Notes under the pieces: generated by a model
The model's database searches: none
Told to the model about the DNA's origin: nothing
What the model saw: only the letters and a program-made list of their open reading frames with translations
Origin: an uncultured archaeon
Lineage (GTDB): Archaea > Thermoplasmatota > Penumbrarchaeia > JASLWR01
Reading direction: 5' to 3'
Assembly: GCA_964342815.1 (NCBI GenBank)
Contig: CAYFHS010000005.1
Location: 64,001 to 128,000, forward strand
Length of the DNA: 64,000 nt
Shown here: piece by piece, positions 56,256 through 64,000 of the stretch
Layout of the letters: every line of letters starts with the position of its first letter
Numbering within the stretch: position 1 is the stretch's first letter
Position numbers and translations under genes: made by a program

Positions 56256-58787
56256 GTGAGAAATACTAAGGAAAGTCGGATTCTACTTGTTGTCGTATTT
56301 TTTTTAGCTATTTTCGTTATATTGAACTTTCAAGAAATTTTGCTGTTTCGGGAATTTCGTCAAAAGGATTTTGATTCCGATGTATTTCGTTTGCAAAATG
56401 TTTCAAGCCATGATGATACCAATTTTCATAATTATATTGGTGGGGACGTGTCTTGCTGTTTAGAAAGAGCAGATGTGGATGAAGAACTCTCTGAATTCCT
56501 TAGCGATGAAACAATCCAAACACCGTCGACCGGGGAAAGTTATACAATCCTCCTTAACACAACGAATGATGTCGAAGCTGACAAAGTTTTCCTGACCTAT
56601 ACCTTTGACAGTTCCCCCCTGACCATAGTATCCATGAAGCTTGATGACGCTGGTCTGTGGAACAGGACGCTCACAGTTCCATTGGATGCTTGGAAAATCC
56701 GATATCGATTCCATGTCAAGAATATTACAGGAAACTGGACCAATACTACATTGACTCCTGAGATATCTATAAGTGATATCATCCCACCAGTAGCTGTTCC
56801 TGGCGCCAACGTCACCATAGACCAAGGTGGCAAAATCACTTTAAATGCTAGCGAAAGCTACGACAATAGGGGAATGGTTTATTACACATGGACCTCCAAT
56901 GTCGGGGAAAAGCTTGGAGAAGAAGTCATCTTTGTCTTTGACAATCCCGGAGTATATCAAATCGTTTTGATTGCTTACGATTCCGCTGGAAATACACATA
57001 AGAACGATTTGTATGTAACAGTTGTAGATACCGTTCCGCCAACAGCCGACGCTGGAGAGAATCAGACGGCTCCTCAAGGATCGCCCATCCATTTCAATGC
57101 TTCCCTTTCGTATGACAACGTTGCTATCGAAGATTATCGATGGTCTTTCAAAGATGGTTGGCAATACCAATACCTCTCAGGTTTGAATCCCAACTACACT
57201 TTCGTAAATCCTGGCAACTACTTTGTCACATTAAAATTAACGGATTCCGCAGATAATTCAGCAGAAGATAATGTGACCATTACCATTCTGGACACGACAG
57301 CTCCCCACTCCCTTGGAAAAGCGACAAAACACGGAGTTTTTATAGGTACCCCCGTAACGTTCGATGGACGAAATAGCTGGGACAATGTAGGAGTGACAAA
57401 CTGGACATGGACAATTGACTCTACAGAGTTATACGGCCAGGAAGTAAGTTACACTTTTGATAGGGCCGCAGAATACACAATTACACTAAAGGTAACAGAT
57501 GCCGCGGGCAACCACGATTCTCACTCGATTCCATATATAGTTTATGGAAAACAGAGTGAGAGTGTTGTCGATAATACATCTGCTACGGGAAATGACTTTC
57601 CGGTATGGCTAATTATTGTCATAACAACAGTTATAATCTTATGTATTGGGGTAGTCGTAATCTTACTCATCGTAAATAAACGCAAAAAAGAAAAGGGGGC
57701 AATTCAGACGCTTCCATCCGGAGAAATCGCTATGGTGAACACCTCGGTAAACCATTTGGGATTCGGAACTTCCGCAGTGGACACATCAGACTTTCAGATG
57801 AATCGGGAAACTGAAAATATACCTAGCTACGATGGTGGTGTTTTCGAAAAAGAAGAAAAAGAACCTATCGAGGTGCAAGGAATTAATGAGATATATGATA
57901 ATATTTATTTTGAAAATACAAACGAAAATGAAGTTCCATTGAATATTAGAAACGTGATTCCAAATTATATCTTAACCCATCTGATCGGAAATGGCGATTT
58001 TGCAGCAGTTTACAAAGGACGTGATCATACGGGTCTGGATGTGGCTATCAAGCTTCCAAAATTTTTAGACCGTACGTTGGATGCCTCTATTTATGACCGG
58101 TTCGAGTCCGAAACAAAGAATTGGAAGAACCTCAAACATAAAAATATCGTAAGCCTCTCCCGCAATAGCCTGGACCCGATACCTCACATTGTTATGGAGC
58201 TCATGCATGGAGGGAATCTTAAAGAGCTGATGGAATATCGGTGGCTTGGTCTCAAAGAGTCAATGGATATAATGCTGCAGATACTGGATGGAGTTTCCTA
58301 TGCTCATCGCATGGCTTCGGTTCACCGGCATATCAAACCTGAAAACATCCTTTTCAATTCCAATGGGGTGGCGAAGGTCACGGATTGGGGTATTGGAAAA
58401 TTCATGCTGTCAGAAGGTCTTTCAGATGCAAATGAAATTGAAGGAAGTCTCCATTACAGCGCCCCCGAACAGATAGACGGTAAAGAATTCGGTGGTGTGG
58501 ATTGGAGCACGGATATTTTTCAGATGGGAATTATTTTCTACGAAATGCTCACCGGCGAAAATCCGTTCTTTGATGATGATGCAAAAGCCATTATCGAAAA
58601 CATAATTCATTTGGATCCGAGACCTCCAATGACGCTGAATCCTGATATTCCAAAGGAATTGGACTCTATAATATTGAAGGCTCTTCAAAAGCGTAAAGAA
58701 GACAGATGGCGCAGCACCGATGTAATGTTCGATAGGGTTAGGAGAGTTTCTGTAAAAGGATTCGCCGAATCCCGCTTGAAACCATGA
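56256..58787 (+). CDS. Receptor-like protein: extracellular PKD domains, TM, cytoplasmic Hanks-type Ser/Thr kinase fold with HRD changed to HRH
   Basis: Three PKD modules; TM WLIIVITTVIILCIGVVVILLIV; VAIK, HRHIKPEN, DWG, YSAPEQ, DIFQMG. Confidence 0.92.
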   Translation: MRNTKESRILLVVVFFLAIFVILNFQEILLFREFRQKDFDSDVFRLQNVSSHDDTNFHNYIGGDVSCCLERADVDEELSEFLSDETIQTPSTGESYTILLNTTNDVEADKVFLTYTFDSSPLTIVSMKLDDAGLWNRTLTVPLDAWKIRYRFHVKNITGNWTNTTLTPEISISDIIPPVAVPGANVTIDQGGKITLNASESYDNRGMVYYTWTSNVGEKLGEEVIFVFDNPGVYQIVLIAYDSAGNTHKNDLYVTVVDTVPPTADAGENQTAPQGSPIHFNASLSYDNVAIEDYRWSFKDGWQYQYLSGLNPNYTFVNPGNYFVTLKLTDSADNSAEDNVTITILDTTAPHSLGKATKHGVFIGTPVTFDGRNSWDNVGVTNWTWTIDSTELYGQEVSYTFDRAAEYTITLKVTDAAGNHDSHSIPYIVYGKQSESVVDNTSATGNDFPVWLIIVITTVIILCIGVVVILLIVNKRKKEKGAIQTLPSGEIAMVNTSVNHLGFGTSAVDTSDFQMNRETENIPSYDGGVFEKEEKEPIEVQGINEIYDNIYFENTNENEVPLNIRNVIPNYILTHLIGNGDFAAVYKGRDHTGLDVAIKLPKFLDRTLDASIYDRFESETKNWKNLKHKNIVSLSRNSLDPIPHIVMELMHGGNLKELMEYRWLGLKESMDIMLQILDGVSYAHRMASVHRHIKPENILFNSNGVAKVTDWGIGKFMLSEGLSDANEIEGSLHYSAPEQIDGKEFGGVDWSTDIFQMGIIFYEMLTGENPFFDDDAKAIIENIIHLDPRPPMTLNPDIPKELDSIILKALQKRKEDRWRSTDVMFDRVRRVSVKGFAESRLKP

Positions 58788-59055
58788 TTTTGAATAATTC
58801 TAAGTTCAGTTTTCTACCAAGGTAGGGCATGTCCATTATAAGTTGTGTTCATCTGGGGGATCGGAGTCAAATACCCGGTGTATCAGAAAACAACGATTTT
58901 TTAGCAAATAGGATAATCTCAATCTTACTTTCACTTAGAAATTACTGTGGCCAGTACCGAAATAATTTTACTTTCACTCACCCCCCTCCCCCCCCGACTT
59001 TCACTTATATAATTCCACAGTCTTTTATGGATCAAAATAACGGGGACCGGAAAAT

Positions 59056-60135
59056 ATGTTGATCAAAGAAGTAACAGTGAATCCCTTTTCTTGCATTGAT
59101 GCTGGGAAGAAATTCATACCCGAAATGAACGTAATAACAGATGTACAAAGAGAACTTCTCGATGGTTTGCTGCATCACAGGGATCGATATGACTTACTCT
59201 GCCTGATCGGTGAGAGCGGCATGGGTCGTACCCATACCCAGAAAGTGATCATGGATGTGATCTCGAAGCGCGGCTTTAACTCGGACTCCACCGTAATGCT
59301 ATATACGAACGAGAGTTATCTTACACTGCGGAGTTTTCTTGATAGATTATATCCGGGCATCTCTGAAAATGTCTCCGGGAAAATGCTTGAAAATGATGAT
59401 AGATCATATCTTATCTTTGCCGATTATCCGCTGCGGACCGTAAATCAGGATTTGGAAGTTACCGCGAAAATTCTCGCAAAATTATCCGGTTATGAAAATA
59501 TTTCAGTAGTATTTTCACTGACGGATTCGCAGATGGTTTCTCTTGAAGAAAACAGTATTCCTCCCGAGCGGTATCAGAGTTTCGGTCTTATGCCGTTGAG
59601 AAAAGAAGAGGTTTCCATGATAATACGAAAGAGAATGATACCGGGTTCCGAAATTATAAATAAATCTGCTTTTGGGTCCAGCGTAGGCAACCGTATCGGA
59701 TCATTTCCTTCTATACGAGTTGCGCGAAATATTGAAATAACCCGTGAATCTTTGGAATATATACACGGAATATCCGGGGGCAATCCCAGACTGGCATTGA
59801 TAACGGCCCAGACTCTGTATGACAAGGCGCGTGAAAACAATTGCATAGTGATTGACGACGCATTGATCCGGCTGGTCTCGGCCCAGAACGGTTATTCGTT
59901 GGAAGGGAACGGCTGCGTTCTTCGGTCCGGTCTTTCGAAATTGATGGAAGTTATCCTGGATAAGTTTACGAATAAGGGTGTTCTGGAGCATAATATACTT
60001 TCATATATGGCCGAAAAGTTCGACTGGGATTTCAATATAACAAGACTGAGATTAAGGACATTGGTAAAGATGAAACTGCTTTTCGATGAGCTATGCCCCA
60101 GGGAAGGCTGGTTCAGACAATATTCGGTGAGGTAG
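59056..60135 (+). CDS. AAA+-like (ExeA/Cdc6-like) protein with degenerate Walker motifs and a C-terminal wHTH-like segment
   Basis: GESGMGRT (Walker A-like), LIFADY (Walker B-like), SGGNPRL. Confidence 0.7.
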   Translation: MLIKEVTVNPFSCIDAGKKFIPEMNVITDVQRELLDGLLHHRDRYDLLCLIGESGMGRTHTQKVIMDVISKRGFNSDSTVMLYTNESYLTLRSFLDRLYPGISENVSGKMLENDDRSYLIFADYPLRTVNQDLEVTAKILAKLSGYENISVVFSLTDSQMVSLEENSIPPERYQSFGLMPLRKEEVSMIIRKRMIPGSEIINKSAFGSSVGNRIGSFPSIRVARNIEITRESLEYIHGISGGNPRLALITAQTLYDKARENNCIVIDDALIRLVSAQNGYSLEGNGCVLRSGLSKLMEVILDKFTNKGVLEHNILSYMAEKFDWDFNITRLRLRTLVKMKLLFDELCPREGWFRQYSVR

Positions 60136-60184
60136 CTTGCATGTGTTATCACCTTATTATGTTGGGGGGAGGGTAAAAGATAGA

Positions 60185-60212
60185 GGGCCTGCGACGTAAG
60201 AAACGCAGGCCC
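60185..60212. repeat. Dispersed palindrome GGGCCTGCG-N10-CGCAGGCCC (copy 2), possible terminator
   Basis: Perfect 9-bp inverted repeat 50 nt after the stop of 59056-60135. Confidence 0.7.
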
Positions 60213-60254
60213 GAAATAAAAATAAAAGGGGGGTGATAATGCATAATGCGAAAG

Positions 60255-60381
60255 GGCCGTTTCGGCCATTGGTTGCTGCCCGGTTCCGCTACGTTGCATT
60301 AGGAAATGCAACTGCGCCCGCAGGGGCGTTATCCTGCGGACACAGGCGAGCCAAAATCCACTAGGAAACAGGGCGGTCCGG
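60255..60381. ncRNA. Candidate small structured RNA
   Basis: Hairpins GGCCG/CGGCC, GTTGCATT/AATGCAAC and CGCAGG/CCTGCG; closing helix 60280-60289 with 60373-60381. Confidence 0.4.
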
Positions 60382-60571
60382 TATCGATAAAGTTATATGA
60401 AATTGCGTACTCCCATTTGAAGATTGTGCATTATTACAAAACATCTGAGGGAGGTTAGAATGTATTAGTATTTGTTATATCGTTCTTCATATACCCCATC
60501 TAATTGTAACATTAAAAATTATCACAAAGAATATATCCATCCACATTATACTGAATCATTATGGTGTTAAA

Positions 60572-61084
60572 TTGAGAAGTGGGACAAGACTATATCAATA
60601 CCGATTGAAGTTCATACTTATACCGATACTATTGTTCTGTGCATTGGGACCCACTACTTTTTTCTTATTTCTTTTTATATATAACTATGAACACGTTCGT
60701 CTTGTCCATTGGATGTTAATTCTTGTTGTATTACCGCTGTTTTCATTTGCATATATTGGACAAATGTTCAAAATCATCAATTATCGTGTGCCATCGTACG
60801 TGGTGATCGAAAAAGAGCGTCTCTTTTTCCAGGATACCATATTGAGGTGCATATTCAGTAATAGAGGAAGATGGATTGAATTCGAGAAAATCGATGAGAT
60901 CGAATTTCTGGAGAACTATATTCAGGAAAATGTTATATTTTCAATAAGAGGCGAGAAATCATATCACTTGGTTATGAACAGAAGAGGTATGAATATTCTG
61001 AAGGATACGGTCGAAAAGAATCATATACCCATCATTAGCCGAAAGTACTGGGATCCACCGCCTATCAACTGGTTAAAACCTTGA
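60572..61084 (+). CDS. Hypothetical membrane protein (2 TM plus a PH-like C-terminal domain)
   Basis: Two hydrophobic helices followed by a beta-rich region (WIEFEKIDEIEF). Confidence 0.75.
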   Translation: MRSGTRLYQYRLKFILIPILLFCALGPTTFFLFLFIYNYEHVRLVHWMLILVVLPLFSFAYIGQMFKIINYRVPSYVVIEKERLFFQDTILRCIFSNRGRWIEFEKIDEIEFLENYIQENVIFSIRGEKSYHLVMNRRGMNILKDTVEKNHIPIISRKYWDPPPINWLKP

Positions 61085-61205
61085 GCATTATTAGTCTTTT
61101 TCTTATTATTAGTGAGATACATCAGACCATAAGTGCAGGCTGGAACACTAACCAAAACCGATATAAGTCATCGTCTCCTATTCGGGTAGTTATCGGAGAG
61201 GGAAC

Positions 61206-62486
61206 ATGTCATCGGGCAGGAAAAAAGTCGTCATCGTGGCAGGAATACGGACTCCGTTCGCCAGAGCCTGGAACGAGCTTGCTGGCCTTTCGGCCATCGA
61301 TCTGGGCAAACCCGTGGTCACGGGATTATGCGATTCCATCGATCCCGGTGACATCGACGGATTGATCTGGGGGAACGTCATTCAGTCCATTGACCAGGCC
61401 AACATGGCCCGAATTCTATCTATGAAAAGCGGTCTCGATCGTAAAATTCCTGCTTACACGGTTAGCATCAACTGCGCCTCGGGAATGTTAGCTGTCACCT
61501 CCGCCGCCGATTCCATAACCCTTGGACGAGCCCAGGTTATGGTGGCCGGGGGAAGCGAATCCATGAGCAATGCTAGTGTCAGATACCCCTCGACTTTTCT
61601 CCCGCTGGCGCGAAGTATACAGAGGTCCGGAAACGTATTTTCCAAACTCGCTTCCATTATGAGGCTGCGCTGGAGGGATGTCAGACCCGTGATCCCCTCC
61701 TTCAGGGATCCTATCTGCGGGTTAAGCATGGGGGAGACCGCCGAACTGCTGGCAAAGGAGTATTCCATCTCCCGCTCCGAACAGGATAGATTTGCACAGG
61801 GCAGCCAGGAAAAGGCCATATCGGCTCAGAGGAAGGGGCGGTTTAAAGGAGAGATAACACCCCTGGCGATCGGTAAGGGAAATAAACTGGAAAAGGACAT
61901 GGTGCCCCGGTCGAACTCAACAATTGAGAAACTGGCATCCCTGAAACCCATTTTCGACAAGAAGAAAGGCACCGTCACAGCCGGTAACTCCTCACCGGTG
62001 ACCGACGGAGCGGCCGGTATGCTGGTATTGGAATCCGAAAGGGCCCTGGACCTTGGGCTCAAGGACCTGGTGACGATAAAAGACTACCATTACTGCGGCC
62101 TTGACCCTAAACGTATGGGACTCGGGCCCGCCCATGCTGCAGGTGAGCTGCTGGAACGCAACAAACTGTCTCCGGACGATTTCGACATATTCGAGATCAA
62201 CGAGGCTTTCTCAGCGCAGGTGCTGGCCTCTTTGAAGGCATTGGATGATTCCCGCTTCTGCAGACAGGAACTGGGGCTTGCAAGGAAGGTAGGCGAGATC
62301 CCAATGGGGAAAATGAACTTCAACGGAGGGGCCATCGCCCTTGGTCATCCCTTGGGAGCCACGGGAGCCCGACTGATAATTTCCGCTGCTCGAGAACTAT
62401 GGAGAAGAAAGAAGGAGAGAGCCCTGATCGCAATGTGCGTGAGCGGTGGTCTTGGGGCGGGCATGATACTTGAGAGGGTGGATTGA
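61206..62486 (+). CDS. Acetyl-CoA C-acyltransferase (thiolase, bacterial FadA/FadI-like)
   Basis: Catalytic INCASG, NEAFSAQV, GHPLGATG and CVSGGLG; GNSSPVTDGAA. Confidence 0.95.
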   Translation: MSSGRKKVVIVAGIRTPFARAWNELAGLSAIDLGKPVVTGLCDSIDPGDIDGLIWGNVIQSIDQANMARILSMKSGLDRKIPAYTVSINCASGMLAVTSAADSITLGRAQVMVAGGSESMSNASVRYPSTFLPLARSIQRSGNVFSKLASIMRLRWRDVRPVIPSFRDPICGLSMGETAELLAKEYSISRSEQDRFAQGSQEKAISAQRKGRFKGEITPLAIGKGNKLEKDMVPRSNSTIEKLASLKPIFDKKKGTVTAGNSSPVTDGAAGMLVLESERALDLGLKDLVTIKDYHYCGLDPKRMGLGPAHAAGELLERNKLSPDDFDIFEINEAFSAQVLASLKALDDSRFCRQELGLARKVGEIPMGKMNFNGGAIALGHPLGATGARLIISAARELWRRKKERALIAMCVSGGLGAGMILERVD

Positions 62487-62590
62487 TTATTCTCAGCAGA
62501 AACTTGCTCGATAACATTATTTTCTGGACGAAAAGAATATTCTCCCTGTTGTCACCGGAATTTTTTCCAGTTTGGGGTGAATTGGGATAT

Positions 62591-62812
62591 CTAATACCAC
62601 AGTTCCTTGTCCTTTTTTTTCTTTTTTTCCTTCATCTTTTCCTCTTGCTCTTTCTTTTTTTCCTCTTCCAAAATCTTTTCTTCTCTTTTTATAATGTGTT
62701 TTAACTTGTGATGCTTGCAATTCAACCTATTCTGTGGGTGAATGGGACAGTATATGCCCTTTTTGCATACTCTGCAGTCCTCCGCTTTCGGATATGTGAC
62801 CTTTTTTCTCAA
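62591..62812 (-). CDS. Small Cys/His-rich basic protein
   Basis: CRVC-x5-CPIH...CKHH followed by a K/E coiled coil; TTG start with GGAG upstream. Confidence 0.5.
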   Translation of the reverse strand: MRKKVTYPKAEDCRVCKKGIYCPIHPQNRLNCKHHKLKHIIKREEKILEEEKKKEQEEKMKEKKKKKDKELWY

Positions 62813-62940
62813 TCTACCGTATTTTCTCCTTGGCAGCCAATCACCTATTTTATGGGGTTGCTTTTTCTTATACCGACGAGAAGATATTTAAATGTATGAA
62901 TATATTATCTGTCAAAATAGATTAAAGGAGAGAAACCGAA

Positions 62941-63420
62941 ATGACAAAACTGAAAAATTTAAGGTTCAGCATTGGAAATATCATACTTCTTCTCGGCCTT
63001 CTCCTCCTGATAGCGGATTTTGTTTTTCTCGTCTACGCCCGGACGGATATTAACTCGCGAGAGGTGGTTGCCGCCCTGGGGGGTGTCGGCGGTTCCATTG
63101 CCTTCATAGCCATTGGCATGATAGTTATGAACATAGATCGGAGGATGGGTGAGAAGGGCGTAATGATCGGCAGTAAGGAAAGGCATCAATTAAAAGCCAA
63201 GTCGAAGGGAAAAAAGGTCATCCTCTACGTAGATGACAAACCGGAATTGGAGTTCCACGGATCCTATAGAAGAACGGAAAAGGCCGGGACCATTATAGGC
63301 GACGTTGAGAAACACAGGGTGGACGTCAAGGTCAGGGTTTCTGCTCTCTCGGGGGACGCGGATAAATGGATCTACGTGGATGACGAACTTGTTTTGAAGG
63401 ATGAAAAACCACTCTGGTAG
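62941..63420 (+). CDS. Hypothetical membrane protein (2 TM plus a beta-rich domain)
   Basis: GGAG ribosome-binding site and ATG; two TM helices. Confidence 0.8.
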   Translation: MTKLKNLRFSIGNIILLLGLLLLIADFVFLVYARTDINSREVVAALGGVGGSIAFIAIGMIVMNIDRRMGEKGVMIGSKERHQLKAKSKGKKVILYVDDKPELEFHGSYRRTEKAGTIIGDVEKHRVDVKVRVSALSGDADKWIYVDDELVLKDEKPLW

Positions 63421-63480
63421 CATAGTTTCCATCCCCCCTGCCCTGTCCCCGACCTTATGTGCAAATGGTTGTTGAAGTAC

Positions 63481-64000
63481 ATGGTGAATCAGGAATTAAC
63501 ACCGCTCATCAAAGAAGTCGCGAATATCATTGCCAACTCGAGAAGCAGTGTTGCACTTACCGGGGCCGGGATATCCGTTGAAAGCGGCGTCCCGCCGTTC
63601 AGGGGGAAACACGGTCTCTGGGAACGATATGATCCGGTAGAATACGCTCACATCGCAAGTCTAAAAAGGGACCCGGGAAAGGTGTGGCGAATGTTAGGGG
63701 AGCTTGTAGTAATCTGTCAGGATGCGCAGCCAAACGAAGCTCATATTTCCCTCGCCCGCCTCGAAAAAATGGGGCTTCTGGACGGTATTATCACACAGAA
63801 CATCGATGGTCTCCATCAAAAAGCCGGTAGTAGAGAGGTGGTGGAGTTTCACGGCGGCAATACAACCATGTCCTGCATGGGCTGCCGTAAAAAATACCTT
63901 AGTAATGATATCTCTCTTAAAACCATCCCACCCCTGTGCAGCTGCGGGGGTGTGCTGAGACCTGATTTCGTGTTTTTCGGTGAACCCATTCCCCAGGCCT
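63481..64000 (+). CDS. cobB: NAD-dependent protein deacylase (Sir2/CobB family), truncated by the window end
   Basis: Not in the ORF track. Manual translation from 63481 gives LTGAGISVESG, PNEAH, ITQNIDGLHQKAG, EFHG, CMGC...CSC, LRPDFVFFGE. Confidence 0.95.
   Translation, partial: MVNQELTPLIKEVANIIANSRSSVALTGAGISVESGVPPFRGKHGLWERYDPVEYAHIASLKRDPGKVWRMLGELVVICQDAQPNEAHISLARLEKMGLLDGIITQNIDGLHQKAGSREVVEFHGGNTTMSCMGCRKKYLSNDISLKTIPPLCSCGGVLRPDFVFFGEPIPQA

Overview
A 64-kb chromosomal segment of an archaeon. Evidence: TiaS, aRF1, the rpl37ae-rpo12-pcc1-pfdB-DHH cluster, A-type ATP synthase subunits, and archaeal-style tRNAs including one with a BHB-type intron. The many PKD/Ig surface proteins with C-terminal membrane anchors suggest an uncultured Thermoplasmatota lineage (inference). 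Most of the window is housekeeping: fhs, tiaS, XPD-like helicase, hflX, proS, thiL, arcC, HDAC, sirtuin, thiolase, ABC transporters and four tRNAs (Gln-TTG, Thr-GGT with intron, Leu-CAG, Phe-GAA). These are interspersed with large single-pass surface proteins that carry varied cytoplasmic modules. No integrase, transposase, reverse transcriptase, cas gene or true CRISPR array was seen. The most unusual locus is tRNA-Leu(CAG) at 9757-9840 (minus strand). Upstream lie three 146-150 bp tandem units, each starting with the first 24 nt of the tRNA and folding into a multi-hairpin structure; the only clear promoter is in front of the outermost unit. Downstream lie five 66-120 bp units, each carrying TTGACC-N15-CTCGCAC-oligo(T), a motif complementary to the tRNA 5' segment. 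Other notable items: several densely base-paired intergenic RNA candidates (best at 48639-48935), an orphan atpA-atpB pair, a receptor-like pseudokinase (HRD changed to HRH), a degenerate AAA protein, and a NikR-linked His-rich membrane protein. All structures were folded by eye and all family calls come from motif recognition; no databases were searched.
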